Of a stretch of DNA of 64,000 nucleotides, positions 27,543 through 36,126 are shown piece by piece (position 1 is the stretch's first letter; every line of letters starts with the position of its first letter). The DNA is from Dehalococcoidia bacterium (GTDB taxonomy: Bacteria; Chloroflexota; Dehalococcoidia; Lucifugimonadales; UBA3495): assembly GCA_965219925.1 (NCBI GenBank), contig OZ244795.1, positions 1,031,395-1,095,394 on the forward strand, written 5' to 3'. The position numbers and the translations under genes are program-made. The notes below the pieces were generated by a model. That model was not told the DNA's origin and did no database searches. It was given only the letters and a program-made list of their open reading frames with translations.

Positions 27543-29293
27543 AGGCAATGAACCACGCTGACCCCCTCCACGGCTGGCTCGACCGTATCCACCAGGGCGA
27601 CGCGCTGGAGGTGATGAGCCAAATGCCTGACGAGTGCGTCAACGTGGTGGTGACGTCGCCGCCCTACAACCTGCTCAATTCCAGCGGGAACGGGATGCGG
27701 AACAACCAGCAGGGGAAATGGCGCGGCCCCCGGGCCAAGGCGTTGTCCCAGGGCTACCCGGAGCATTCCGACGATATTCCCCGCAGCGAATACATCGACT
27801 GGCAGCGCCAGTGCCTAGAGGAGATGCTGCGCATCCTCACCAACGACGGCGCCATCTTCTACATCCACCGGGGGCGTATGCAAAAGGGCGTGGAGGAAAG
27901 CCCCCGCGACATCCTCAATGGTCTGTTCCTTCGACAGGAGATCATCTGGGCCAAGCCCGGCGGCATCAACCACACGCCCTATGCGATGACGCCGACTCAC
28001 GAGAGCGTCTTTCTGATCGTCAAAGACCCGTCAAGCGCCGGCTACCGACGACGCGAGGGCAGCGTGGACTACGGCTCTGTTTGGGCGATCAGCCGCGATA
28101 CGAAGGCTGATCACCCTTGCCCATTCCCGGTCGAACTGGCCCGACGCTGTATCCAGATGGTCACCGGGCCAGTGGCGCTGGACCCGTTCGTCGGCAGCGG
28201 CACCACCGCGGTTGCCGCCGTCCAGGAGGGCCGCGACTATATCGGCATCGACCTGAACGCCAAATACTGCAAATCCGCCCGGAAGAGGGTGCAGCTGGCC
28301 CGCCTGGACGACGATCTGAACCCGAATGCGGATAGCGACGAAGAGGGCTGGAAGGACTTCCAGGCCCACGGATTTGATACTCAATGGGATGCTTCGCAAG
28401 GTTCGCAAGGTTCGCAATCGGATGCTTCGCAAGGTTCGCAATCGGATGCTTCGCAAGGTTCGCAATCGGATGCTTCGCAAGGTTGGATGCGAGTAGCAGT
28501 CCGCTGGGATCACATCGACAGAGCCGTCTATGACCGCATAGCCGAAACGCAAAAGGCGACGAAACTCCAGGCCGTTCCCCTCAACCAACAAGAAATAGCA
28601 AATGAGTTGGATTGCAGCCCGCGCACCGTCAATAACGCTATTTCCAAACTCAAAAAAGAGGGTGCGCTCACTGTAAAATACCAGCGAGGGCCTAGCCTTT
28701 ACTCCGTATCATCAGAGATACCGCGGTGGCCTGTTCGCATCTCGGGGGGCCTTGGCACCCTCCCGCAAGGTTCGCAATCGGATGCTTCGCAAGGTTCGCA
28801 ATCGGATGCTTCGCAAGGTTCGCAATCGGATGCTTCGCATACCCGGGTCCGGGACCGGGAACCGGGGTTAATTAACCAAGTTAATCTCCGTGAGATTAAC
28901 CCGGTTCCCGGTCCCGGAGTCCCGGCGCGCGCGCGAGAAGACGCCGGCGCACGCCACGTTGCGCCGGACGCCGCGGTCTGCCCTTTGCACACGCAGGTCC
29001 ACCTCCAGGTTGTGACCACCTACCGTCCGCTGGTGGCCATCATGCAGGCCACCGGCGACGAGATCCGCTATTGCTACGGATCCAACGGCAGGTGCAGCTG
29101 GGTGCACTCCCGCGAACTCGGCATGGTGGTTGCCGCCGGCGGTCGCCGCCTCGATGCCCTGGGCATCGAGGCGGCTTACTACGACCTCCGATCTGACGCC
29201 CAGCCTGCCGCCGGTAGCAACAAGGACACCAGCCGCACCGGCTACCTGGACAGCTACCGCCGCCGCCACGGGAGGCTCCCGTGGGAAGGATAA
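27539..29293 (+). CDS. beta-class DNA methyltransferase (SPPY, N4-C-like) fused to repeat-flanked winged-HTH and C-terminal domain
   Basis: Motif IV VVTSPPYNL precedes motif I LDPFVGSGTTAVAA (PF01555-like order). Then a DASQGSQS repeat, QQEIANELDCSPRTVNNAISKLKKEGAL HTH, a second DASQGSQS repeat, and a C-terminal ~150 aa. Confidence 0.8.
   Translation: MKAMNHADPLHGWLDRIHQGDALEVMSQMPDECVNVVVTSPPYNLLNSSGNGMRNNQQGKWRGPRAKALSQGYPEHSDDIPRSEYIDWQRQCLEEMLRILTNDGAIFYIHRGRMQKGVEESPRDILNGLFLRQEIIWAKPGGINHTPYAMTPTHESVFLIVKDPSSAGYRRREGSVDYGSVWAISRDTKADHPCPFPVELARRCIQMVTGPVALDPFVGSGTTAVAAVQEGRDYIGIDLNAKYCKSARKRVQLARLDDDLNPNADSDEEGWKDFQAHGFDTQWDASQGSQGSQSDASQGSQSDASQGSQSDASQGWMRVAVRWDHIDRAVYDRIAETQKATKLQAVPLNQQEIANELDCSPRTVNNAISKLKKEGALTVKYQRGPSLYSVSSEIPRWPVRISGGLGTLPQGSQSDASQGSQSDASQGSQSDASHTRVRDREPGLINQVNLREINPVPGPGVPARAREDAGARHVAPDAAVCPLHTQVHLQVVTTYRPLVAIMQATGDEIRYCYGSNGRCSWVHSRELGMVVAAGGRRLDALGIEAAYYDLRSDAQPAAGSNKDTSRTGYLDSYRRRHGRLPWEG
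28388..28484 (+). repeat. 24-bp tandem repeat array 1 (iteron-like)
   Basis: GATGCTTCGCAAGGTTCGCAATCG, about 3.7 copies, with an extra GGTTCGCAA in the first unit. The complete units (28421-28444, 28445-28468) are identical and the other copies carry no substitutions. Confidence 0.9.
28764..28839 (+). repeat. 24-bp tandem repeat array 2 (iteron-like)
   Basis: Same unit as array 1, about 3 copies, with no substitutions relative to array 1. Confidence 0.9.
28842..28925. repeat. large dyad symmetry with AT-rich core
   Basis: CCGGGACCGGGAACCGGGGTTAAT (28849-28872) / ATTAACCCGGTTCCCGGTCCCGG (28895-28917) around TTAATTAACCAAGTTAATCT. Confidence 0.85.
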
Positions 29294-29477
29294 GCATTTT
29301 GAGCCGGATACTCCAAAATAGCGGCTACCAAAGCGACAGTTTGTATTTCGCTTTCTATTTTCCGCCCGGCAAACCGCAGCGGATAATGCCCTTTCTGACC
29401 CTGTACCTGCCAGCCGACATTGCCGCGGCCGAACGCACAAGAAGACAACGGCTGGTTGTGAACAACCCGCAAGAAAG

Positions 29478-29750
29478 GTGAGAACCATGACCGACGTGAG
29501 AACCGAAACCCACTGCCCGGCCTGCGCCCAGCCGATCTACTGGGAGATGCCCGCGGAAGAGCTGGCCCGGATCAGTTCGCACCTGCGCTGCGACCCGGAC
29601 CGTTACGGCTACGTCGTGGAGTACCGGTGCGCCTGGTGCCAGGCGACGCTGGAACTCACCCTGACGCGCGGCGCCGCGGGCCTGCTGTCGGGCACGTTGG
29701 CCCTGCCGTATGCGGGCCCGGCGCTGCAAGGGGGAATGGGATGTCGGTAA
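29478..29750 (+). CDS. zinc-ribbon-like hypothetical phage protein
   Basis: CPACAQPIYW ... YRCAWCQATL. Confidence 0.5.
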   Translation: MRTMTDVRTETHCPACAQPIYWEMPAEELARISSHLRCDPDRYGYVVEYRCAWCQATLELTLTRGAAGLLSGTLALPYAGPALQGGMGCR

Positions 29751-29826
29751 AAACTGCCCAAAACGTCACAATACCGGTGATAGCACATCACCGGGGCTGG
29801 CCCCTGGTAACAGGGAGGCAAAACAC

Positions 29827-30405
29827 ATGCCACACGGCAGACCACACCGGGAACTCACCGAGGAGGAAAAGCTATACATTTGCGCCCACTACGCGGGAAG
29901 CCGCCGCAGCCTGCAGATGCTGTGCCGGCGCTTCGACGCATCGAACCGAACGGTCCAGCAGGCCCTCGAGGAGGGGGGAAGAATCAAACGCGGGCGCTCC
30001 CGCCTGTGGAAGCCCCAGGACGAGGAACGGATGATGGACCTGCTGCTGGAGCACAGCCTCGAGGAAACCGCGCGCCTCCTGGATCGCACGCCGGGCGCCG
30101 TGACCACCCGCCGCGCCAAGGTCAACGGGCAGCTCCGCCGCCAGAAAGGTTTGTACACGGTGGCTGAGACGGCGGAGCGCCTGGGAGTGTCGGACGATTG
30201 GGTGCGGCACGAGATGACCCGCCGCCACGGGATCCTGAGGCCGCAGGGACGCCGCCACCGCTACGCGATGGAGCAGGCCGACCTGATCTCGGCCCGCACC
30301 ATCTACCGGGCCCTGAAGGAAAGGATGCGGGACATCCCGGGACGCAGCTTGACGGGACTGATTGAGATAATCGAACGGTGCTGCCGGGACGACCGCGAGG
30401 CCTGA
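29827..30405 (+). CDS. putative DNA-binding regulator with multiple HTH-like segments
   Basis: GGGAGG RBS. RRFDASNRTVQQALEEGG and YTVAETAERLGVSDDWVRHEM are HTH-like. Confidence 0.45.
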   Translation: MPHGRPHRELTEEEKLYICAHYAGSRRSLQMLCRRFDASNRTVQQALEEGGRIKRGRSRLWKPQDEERMMDLLLEHSLEETARLLDRTPGAVTTRRAKVNGQLRRQKGLYTVAETAERLGVSDDWVRHEMTRRHGILRPQGRRHRYAMEQADLISARTIYRALKERMRDIPGRSLTGLIEIIERCCRDDREA

Positions 30406-30483
30406 ATCGTATGGGATCTGCACCTATCGTCCAGACCGCTTTGTGCGGCCCGCCGACACGCATTTTGGACCCGTCCGAGAGCA

Positions 30484-30497
30484 GTTTTGAGTAGGGA
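30484..30497 (+). promoter_or_regulatory. 14-mer GTTTTGAGTAGGGA upstream of recombinase gene 2
   Basis: Identical 14-mer at 56945-56958, upstream of the other recombinase gene. Confidence 0.4.
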
Positions 30498-30594
30498 ATG
30501 GGCGCCATGACGTCATGTTGTAGGTATGGGATCGCCGTAGTGGCGGGCCTTAAACACCAACATTTCGATATCACTTTCATGAGAGGTATCGACC

Positions 30595-31497
30595 ATGACG
30601 CCCATCACCCAGCTGGCATTGGACGTGGCGATGAAGAAGTTCATCGCGGTGCGGCTCGCCGTGGGCGTGAGGGCGCCGGGCATCGCGCAATACCACTGGG
30701 CATTCAACAAGATACGCGCTTGCGAGTACCGGCTGCCCACCACCCTGGACGTGCTGCTGCCGGCCCTGATGGAGGGCAACCTGAGCCGGGAATCGCGGCG
30801 GTCCCTGGTGAAGTGTTGGCGGGCCTTCTTCCGCTTCGTGGAGGAGGAGTACGGCCTGCCGTCGCCGATCCGGAGACTGCCGTCCCTGCCCGGGGCGACG
30901 CCGTTGCCGCGGGTGCTGACAGCCCGGGAAATAACTGCGCTGGTGGGCTCCTGCCGGTTCCAGCGGAACCTGCTGGCGATCCTGACGCTACTGGACACCG
31001 GGGTCCGGATCGGCGAGTTGCACAGCATGAGGAAGGGGGACATCGACGGGACCGCGCTCACCGTGCGGGGCAAGACCGACACCAGGGTGACCGTCATATC
31101 GCCGGAGATCGCCGAAGCCCTGGAGGGAATCGGGGACGACACCCACTACTGGGTCGGGCAGCGGGGCCCGCTCACCGTGTCCGGACTGCAGCAGGTCGTC
31201 AAGCGGGCGTTCCGGGCGGCGGGCATCGCCGCGGGCAAGCAGAAGAATGGCCCCCACACGCTCCGCCATACCTTCGCAACCCAGTACCTGCGCGGCGGGG
31301 GCGGGATCTTCCAGCTGAAGGAGCTCATGGGACACGCCAGCCTGCGGTCGACGATGATCTACGTGCACCTGGCGGCCCGGGACCTGGACGCCGACCACCT
31401 GATCCACTCCCCGGCGCGGACGCTGGGTCTGATCGACGACCTGGTCAGGTCGGAGCCGCTGCCGGAGTTCTACCGGCCGACCAGGAAAGCAGCCTGA
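30595..31497 (+). CDS. tyrosine recombinase (phage integrase family), internal copy
   Basis: 300 aa. LLDTGVRIGEL (Arg I), HTLRHTFAT (H-x-x-R), LMGHASLRSTMIYVH (catalytic Tyr). Confidence 0.85.
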   Translation: MTPITQLALDVAMKKFIAVRLAVGVRAPGIAQYHWAFNKIRACEYRLPTTLDVLLPALMEGNLSRESRRSLVKCWRAFFRFVEEEYGLPSPIRRLPSLPGATPLPRVLTAREITALVGSCRFQRNLLAILTLLDTGVRIGELHSMRKGDIDGTALTVRGKTDTRVTVISPEIAEALEGIGDDTHYWVGQRGPLTVSGLQQVVKRAFRAAGIAAGKQKNGPHTLRHTFATQYLRGGGGIFQLKELMGHASLRSTMIYVHLAARDLDADHLIHSPARTLGLIDDLVRSEPLPEFYRPTRKAA

Positions 31498-31513
31498 TGG
31501 CACAGGAGGACGC

Positions 31514-31777
31514 ATGACCACCATCCACACCACCCGTGGGCGAGCAACCGGAACGTGCATGCACTGCGGCGCCGAGCAACCCGACCATGAGCTGGCGATC
31601 TACCATTCACGGGAGGACCTCAGCTGGTGGTGCACCTGCGAGGACTGCCACGCCAAGGCCCGGGTCCTGGTCCAGTGGTGGCAGCTGATCAGACTGTCCG
31701 AGCTCAGGACCGGGACCGCCTTCCCCTGGTGGTGGAAGCACCGCGGTGTCCGACTAATCTATACGACAAAGGAGTGA
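31514..31777 (+). CDS. hypothetical Cys-containing phage protein
   Basis: 87 aa. AGGAGG RBS. Confidence 0.45.
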   Translation: MTTIHTTRGRATGTCMHCGAEQPDHELAIYHSREDLSWWCTCEDCHAKARVLVQWWQLIRLSELRTGTAFPWWWKHRGVRLIYTTKE

Positions 31778-31788
31778 GTGATTTTGCC

Positions 31789-33576
31789 ATGAAAACCAGA
31801 GAACGGATCGACCTGGCGTCGATCGACGACAACCCCTGGCAGCCGCGGGTGGACATGGACCCGGACGGGGTCGCAGAGATGGCTGACAGCATCCACCAAC
31901 TGGGGTTGCTGCAGGCGCCCCTGGGACGTCGGCACCCCGAGGTGAGCGGGCGGATCCAGCTGGCGTTCGGCCACCGCCGGGTTGCGGGCTGCCGGCTGCT
32001 CCACCAGCAGGGCCGCGGCGAACCCCACGTCGAGATGGACGTGGCCGAAATCAGCGACGAGGGCATGGTCGTCCTGGCCCTGACCGAAAATGAACTACGC
32101 AAGCAGCTGAGCCAGATTGAAGTGGTGCGGGCCCACTACCGGGCGGTCAATGAGACCCAGCTGACCGTCCAGGCGCTGGCCGACCAGCTGGGGATCGACC
32201 GTTCCACGTTGAGCAACAACTTGCGGGTCCTGGACCTGCCCGACTTTGTGCTGGAACACGTGGAGAGCGGCGACCTCAAGATGTACGCGGCCAGGGAGTT
32301 CCTTGTGCTGCAGAATGCCGACCACGCCCACATTGAGGATATGCAGGACGTGGTCCAAGGGATCGTTAGCACGCACGGGCGAAAGGGTGCTCCGGACTGG
32401 AGCCGCCGCCACGTCCGGCGGTTAATTGCAAACAGAGTGTCCTACAACGAAGGGGACTTCCGGCCCCTGGGACCGCGGCCCATACACCATCACAGTGGCG
32501 CTTCCCGTGAGGCAACCTTCGACACCGCCACCTTTGCCCAGCAACTGCCCGACACGCTGCATACGATCCCGGCCGCCAACTCCCTGGACGAACATTACGA
32601 ATTGCAATGTGACTCATCACGGGTCTGGACCTGCGCGGTGAGGGAATGGCGCCGGCGGCAGACCAGAGCCACGAGGGAGGCCACCAAGGAATCCGCGGCC
32701 ACCGGCGGGAACTCTGCCGCGGCGCCACCTAAGAGCGCCAGCCGGGACAAGCATTTTGAGGTGGTGATGGCCAAGGACCCGGTCTTCAAGCAGGTGGCCG
32801 CTGCCCGTGAAAAGAAGGGTCCGAGTCGGCCGGTCAACGACGACGAACGGGCGCAGCTCGGCACCAGGGCGGACCTGCGGGACGTGAGTGGCAACACCGC
32901 CTTCTGGAAGATTCTGGAAAAGGGGAATCTGGATGGCCGTCAGAATAAATACGCCTGGAGTCGGGAAGGAGGAGGGCCGGTACCGCCGTGGTTCCCCGAC
33001 CTGGACGAGTGCATGCGGTGCACCATTGGAGCTGCGTATGCGAAGTCCCGCGACGGCTACACCCTGCGCGATGTCACGCTGGTCTGCATGAACCGGGAGC
33101 ACTACCAGCAGAAACTGAACCTGGGAGAGGCCGCCTACCGGGGCACATTGCAGTCGCAAGAGGAGGAGATTGACCGCCAGGACGCCAAGTCGGTCAAACA
33201 CCTGATGCGGCAGCTGGAACCCCTGACCGACGACGCCTGCCTGGTGCTGGCTGCCTCGCTGGTCGCCGCCAACCCCGCGCTGGCCTGGACCAATCCGCTG
33301 GGGTTCTACGACGAGGACTGGAGCCACGAGTCAGGGCTGGGCGAAATGGTGAGCGACCTGCTGGGCTCGGAATCCCTGGTTCCCACCTGGAACGGTCGGG
33401 AAGGGTACGGCCCGGTCATCAACGCCGACTCCATCTCAGCCCTGTCGGGGGATGGCGCCCGTAAGTTGACCGCCGCCCTGATGACCCATCACCTGCGGCT
33501 GGCGGGCAAGTTCGACACCGTTTCCCAGGGAAACGGCCACCTGACGGAGCCGGCGACTGTGGGGGCAGGAGAATAA
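31789..33576 (+). CDS. ParB N-terminal-domain (ParB/Srx) protein with HTH and long C-terminal extension
   Basis: IDDNPWQPR, LLQAPLGR, AFGHRRVAGCR (GxxRxxA-like), then VQALADQLGIDRSTLSNNLRVL HTH, then about 400 aa of unknown function. Confidence 0.75.
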   Translation: MKTRERIDLASIDDNPWQPRVDMDPDGVAEMADSIHQLGLLQAPLGRRHPEVSGRIQLAFGHRRVAGCRLLHQQGRGEPHVEMDVAEISDEGMVVLALTENELRKQLSQIEVVRAHYRAVNETQLTVQALADQLGIDRSTLSNNLRVLDLPDFVLEHVESGDLKMYAAREFLVLQNADHAHIEDMQDVVQGIVSTHGRKGAPDWSRRHVRRLIANRVSYNEGDFRPLGPRPIHHHSGASREATFDTATFAQQLPDTLHTIPAANSLDEHYELQCDSSRVWTCAVREWRRRQTRATREATKESAATGGNSAAAPPKSASRDKHFEVVMAKDPVFKQVAAAREKKGPSRPVNDDERAQLGTRADLRDVSGNTAFWKILEKGNLDGRQNKYAWSREGGGPVPPWFPDLDECMRCTIGAAYAKSRDGYTLRDVTLVCMNREHYQQKLNLGEAAYRGTLQSQEEEIDRQDAKSVKHLMRQLEPLTDDACLVLAASLVAANPALAWTNPLGFYDEDWSHESGLGEMVSDLLGSESLVPTWNGREGYGPVINADSISALSGDGARKLTAALMTHHLRLAGKFDTVSQGNGHLTEPATVGAGE

Positions 33577-33578
33577 CC

Positions 33579-33917
33579 ATGGCAAGCAAACTTGAAGCGG
33601 ATCTGATGGCGGCCGGTTATACGCCGGAGCCACTACACTGCGATGACGTGGCCATCTGGACGGGCTGGCGCGCGCCGGAGGATGATCGGCTGGGAGCGGA
33701 AACAACGCCGTCCACCTACGAACGCTATTACGACCTCATCACCGACGCCATGTACGCTCAGATGGACGATTCGCCCTGGGATCGGGAGCACCATCCCTGT
33801 CGGGGAAGCGTGGGGGGCCGTTGCCCCGTCCTGTCGTCCTGGGTGACCGAGTACCGCGCCGTGCTCGATTGCTGGCACAGCATGTCTGAGGCGCCACCCG
33901 CTCCGGAGGGCCGCTGA
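33579..33917 (+). CDS. hypothetical phage protein
   Basis: 112-aa ORF. Confidence 0.5.
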   Translation: MASKLEADLMAAGYTPEPLHCDDVAIWTGWRAPEDDRLGAETTPSTYERYYDLITDAMYAQMDDSPWDREHHPCRGSVGGRCPVLSSWVTEYRAVLDCWHSMSEAPPAPEGR

Positions 33918-34264
33918 TGAACGCTAACGGCGTTATTTGCCACCGGTGTCTGGCTTCGCCGGGGCAGTTGTGCACGGAGGTATCTCTGCACGGGACCCAG
34001 CAGTTGAAGCAGGTCCACCCTGAGCGGGAAAACCTGGCCAGGCTGGGCCCTTGCACTCATTGTGGGGCAGCTGTCGGCGAACCCTGTTTCCACAAGAAGA
34101 AAGGGATTTTGCTATATGAGCACTGGTCGCGGATGGAATGCCTCGCCGTCCGATGCGATTGGTGCCGAGCCTTGCCAGGAAACCTGTGTCTCGATGCGGC
34201 AGGGAAGGTTCGCGGTCCCCACAAATGCCGAGTAGATGCTGGGAAAGCCGCCGGAGCCCGCTGA
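33917..34264 (+). CDS. Cys-rich hypothetical phage protein
   Basis: 115 aa. Three repeats of a C...C...HxxR-like module. ATGA coupling. Confidence 0.45.
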   Translation: MNANGVICHRCLASPGQLCTEVSLHGTQQLKQVHPERENLARLGPCTHCGAAVGEPCFHKKKGILLYEHWSRMECLAVRCDWCRALPGNLCLDAAGKVRGPHKCRVDAGKAAGAR

Positions 34265-34512
34265 TGGCTTCCACCGCCGCTATCGACAAACTACGCCGCC
34301 GCGTCGTCGACCGACAGGACGGTCTATGCCTGCGCTGCGGGCAACCACTGGGCGATGACGCGCACGTGGCGACGATCCGGCCGATCGGCAAGGGCGGCAC
34401 GGTCGACGCCGGCAACCTGGTGGCCACGCACTGGCTCTGCAGCATCGAGCCGGACCTGGCGCATACCAGCCGGGTGCCTGATTGCAGTTGCTGGTTTTGC
34501 ATTGCACCATAG
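34264..34512 (+). CDS. HNH-like (degenerate) small nuclease-fold protein
   Basis: CLRCGQPLGDDAHVATIRPIGKGGTVDAGNLVATHWLC resembles C-x-x-C ... H ... N ... H. TGATG coupling. Confidence 0.4.
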   Translation: MASTAAIDKLRRRVVDRQDGLCLRCGQPLGDDAHVATIRPIGKGGTVDAGNLVATHWLCSIEPDLAHTSRVPDCSCWFCIAP

Positions 34513-34612
34513 ATTGGGGCGGAGCAGGACGCGGAGGTGAACCCATGTTGAAAGTGCGGCGAGGGGTGTACCATCGTGTTCGGCGGCGACGGGACCGTAG
34601 AGGTCCTCTACG

Positions 34613-34632
34613 GGTTCCGTTTGAATTTGCGG
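34613..34632. repeat. left arm of perfect 20-bp inverted repeat
   Basis: GGTTCCGTTTGAATTTGCGG, the exact reverse complement of 34834-34853. Confidence 0.9.
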
Positions 34633-34663
34633 GGCAGGAAAGTAAAGACGGAGGAAACAGCAA

Positions 34664-34819
34664 ATGAAAGCCCAAATCACCATTGATTTAGTAGAAGGCT
34701 GGTTTGATGACCCCACGGCTATCACCATAGAGGAGGTGCAAGAGATGGTGATGGATGACCCCAAAGGAATTCTGGAAGATGCCGATTGGGCAATCGTAGC
34801 AGACGAGGAAACTGAATAA
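34664..34819 (+). CDS. 51-aa highly acidic protein (below ORF-track cutoff)
   Basis: GACGGAGGAAACAGCAA RBS region before the ATG. MKAQITIDLVEGWFDDPTAITIEEVQEMVMDDPKGILEDADWAIVADEETE. AT-rich segment. Confidence 0.45.
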   Translation: MKAQITIDLVEGWFDDPTAITIEEVQEMVMDDPKGILEDADWAIVADEETE

Positions 34820-34833
34820 ATCTCCCTACTGCA

Positions 34834-34853
34834 CCGCAAATTCAAACGGAACC
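34834..34853. repeat. right arm of perfect 20-bp inverted repeat
   Basis: CCGCAAATTCAAACGGAACC. Confidence 0.9.
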
Positions 34854-34907
34854 CCTCTGCGACTGCAATTTGTATGTGGAATGCGTCTGCAAGGTTGAAA
34901 CGGAGGA

Positions 34908-35387
34908 ATGACAATGCTGGAACAGAATGATCTGCGTGGCGCGCGGTGCTACCGCGTTTGGGACCGGGAACTGGCGGAGGCGTTCGACGGCCCACCGCTA
35001 CGGGCTGTTGAGGAGGATCGCGCCGTCCAGCTGTGGCTGCAGCGCCAGGGGTGGCGCCTGCAATTCGACCCCACGGACATCGTGGTCAACGACTTCATGG
35101 TGGTCCACCCCGAGGTTAATGGCGACATGGTTACGAGGGTGTTCGTCGAGAGCGCCGAGGAATGGGACCGCATTGATCACGACGGTTTCCGCGCCGGAGC
35201 GCCGGACGAGTTCGATGCGCTGCACTTCATGCGCAAGCGCCGCGGCGGCGATGGCGTTCACGTCGCGGTAGTGGTGGTCAACCGGGACACCGGAGCGGCG
35301 TACGTGGAGATATTCACCCCGCAGCAGTTGAACGACGCAGCCCGGGCCGAGCCGACAACGGCTGGGCGTAGGCGCAGCAGCAGGTGA
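34908..35387 (+). CDS. hypothetical phage protein
   Basis: 159-aa ORF. GGAGGAATGACA before the ATG. Confidence 0.5.
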   Translation: MTMLEQNDLRGARCYRVWDRELAEAFDGPPLRAVEEDRAVQLWLQRQGWRLQFDPTDIVVNDFMVVHPEVNGDMVTRVFVESAEEWDRIDHDGFRAGAPDEFDALHFMRKRRGGDGVHVAVVVVNRDTGAAYVEIFTPQQLNDAARAEPTTAGRRRSSR

Positions 35388-35402
35388 GGTGTAGCGAGCG
35401 CG

Positions 35403-36062
35403 TCATAGCAACCTGCCTGCCTCAGTTTCCGCTGGAACTTGGTCCCCCCACGCATCGAACCCCTCAATCCGTCTGCGAGCGAACATATCTAGCCGGGGAG
35501 AAGGCGTAACCCTTCTCAGTAGGGCGTATAGGCCGTCAGGTTTCGTGCAATTGGCAATCTGCCGGCCCCAAGCACCAGGCGCGGCATTGGGGTTGCGGGG
35601 CGCATCCCAAAGGTTCGCCGTCCGAAAATCCTTTGTGTCTAAGAATTTAGGCCGACCCTGCCGCCCGACGATGATCGGCTCCATGTTGTAAATCGGGTAG
35701 CCTACTGGCTTTGGCCCATGCGGTTTGACCCAGGCCATCATGCACATGTATTCCAATCGCCACGAATCCAGCAGGTCAAACGCCGGACGCACAAAACGAT
35801 TGATCACCCATAAGAACACCAGCGCGTCCGGTTCCAGCAGGGACGGAATATCAAGGGCTTGCAATCCGGCCAAGCTCATCAACGGGTAATCGAAATCCTG
35901 GTGGGCCGCTTTTTTATGGCACCAATGGCCCGTGCCGCTGGTGCCACCCCGACAGCAACCAGCGGCAGGCCCCTCCACCCAGGTTGATTTCGGGAAGCCC
36001 GCAGACTTCCAGGGCGGGTCGATCACGACGGTAGCGTATTTTGCATCTGGCAACGGTATCAT
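35403..36062 (-). CDS. MT-A70-family N6-adenine DNA methyltransferase
   Basis: VVIDPPWKS (DPPW motif IV), LVFLWV, YMCMMAWVKP blocks typical of MT-A70/IME4-like phage methylases. Confidence 0.8.
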   Translation of the reverse strand: MIPLPDAKYATVVIDPPWKSAGFPKSTWVEGPAAGCCRGGTSGTGHWCHKKAAHQDFDYPLMSLAGLQALDIPSLLEPDALVFLWVINRFVRPAFDLLDSWRLEYMCMMAWVKPHGPKPVGYPIYNMEPIIVGRQGRPKFLDTKDFRTANLWDAPRNPNAAPGAWGRQIANCTKPDGLYALLRRVTPSPRLDMFARRRIEGFDAWGDQVPAETEAGRLL

Positions 36063-36126
36063 GTGCAGTTATCTTGGTAATGCCCATTGCTTGCACGTCG
36101 CCGACAGGTCATAGCAGCCGGATTTG

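Noticed and set aside
28388-28839. Possible CRISPR array (regular short repeats)
   Set aside because: The repeats are contiguous 24-mers without unique spacers, lie in frame inside a coding sequence, and no cas genes are present. I interpret them as iteron-like tandem repeats.
30595-31497. Idea that the internal recombinase marks a second, nested mobile element
   Set aside because: I looked for a second pair of direct repeats or a composition break around it and found none. The gene sits in a coupled early operon with host-phage-like composition. It is kept as part of the same prophage, with its role left open.
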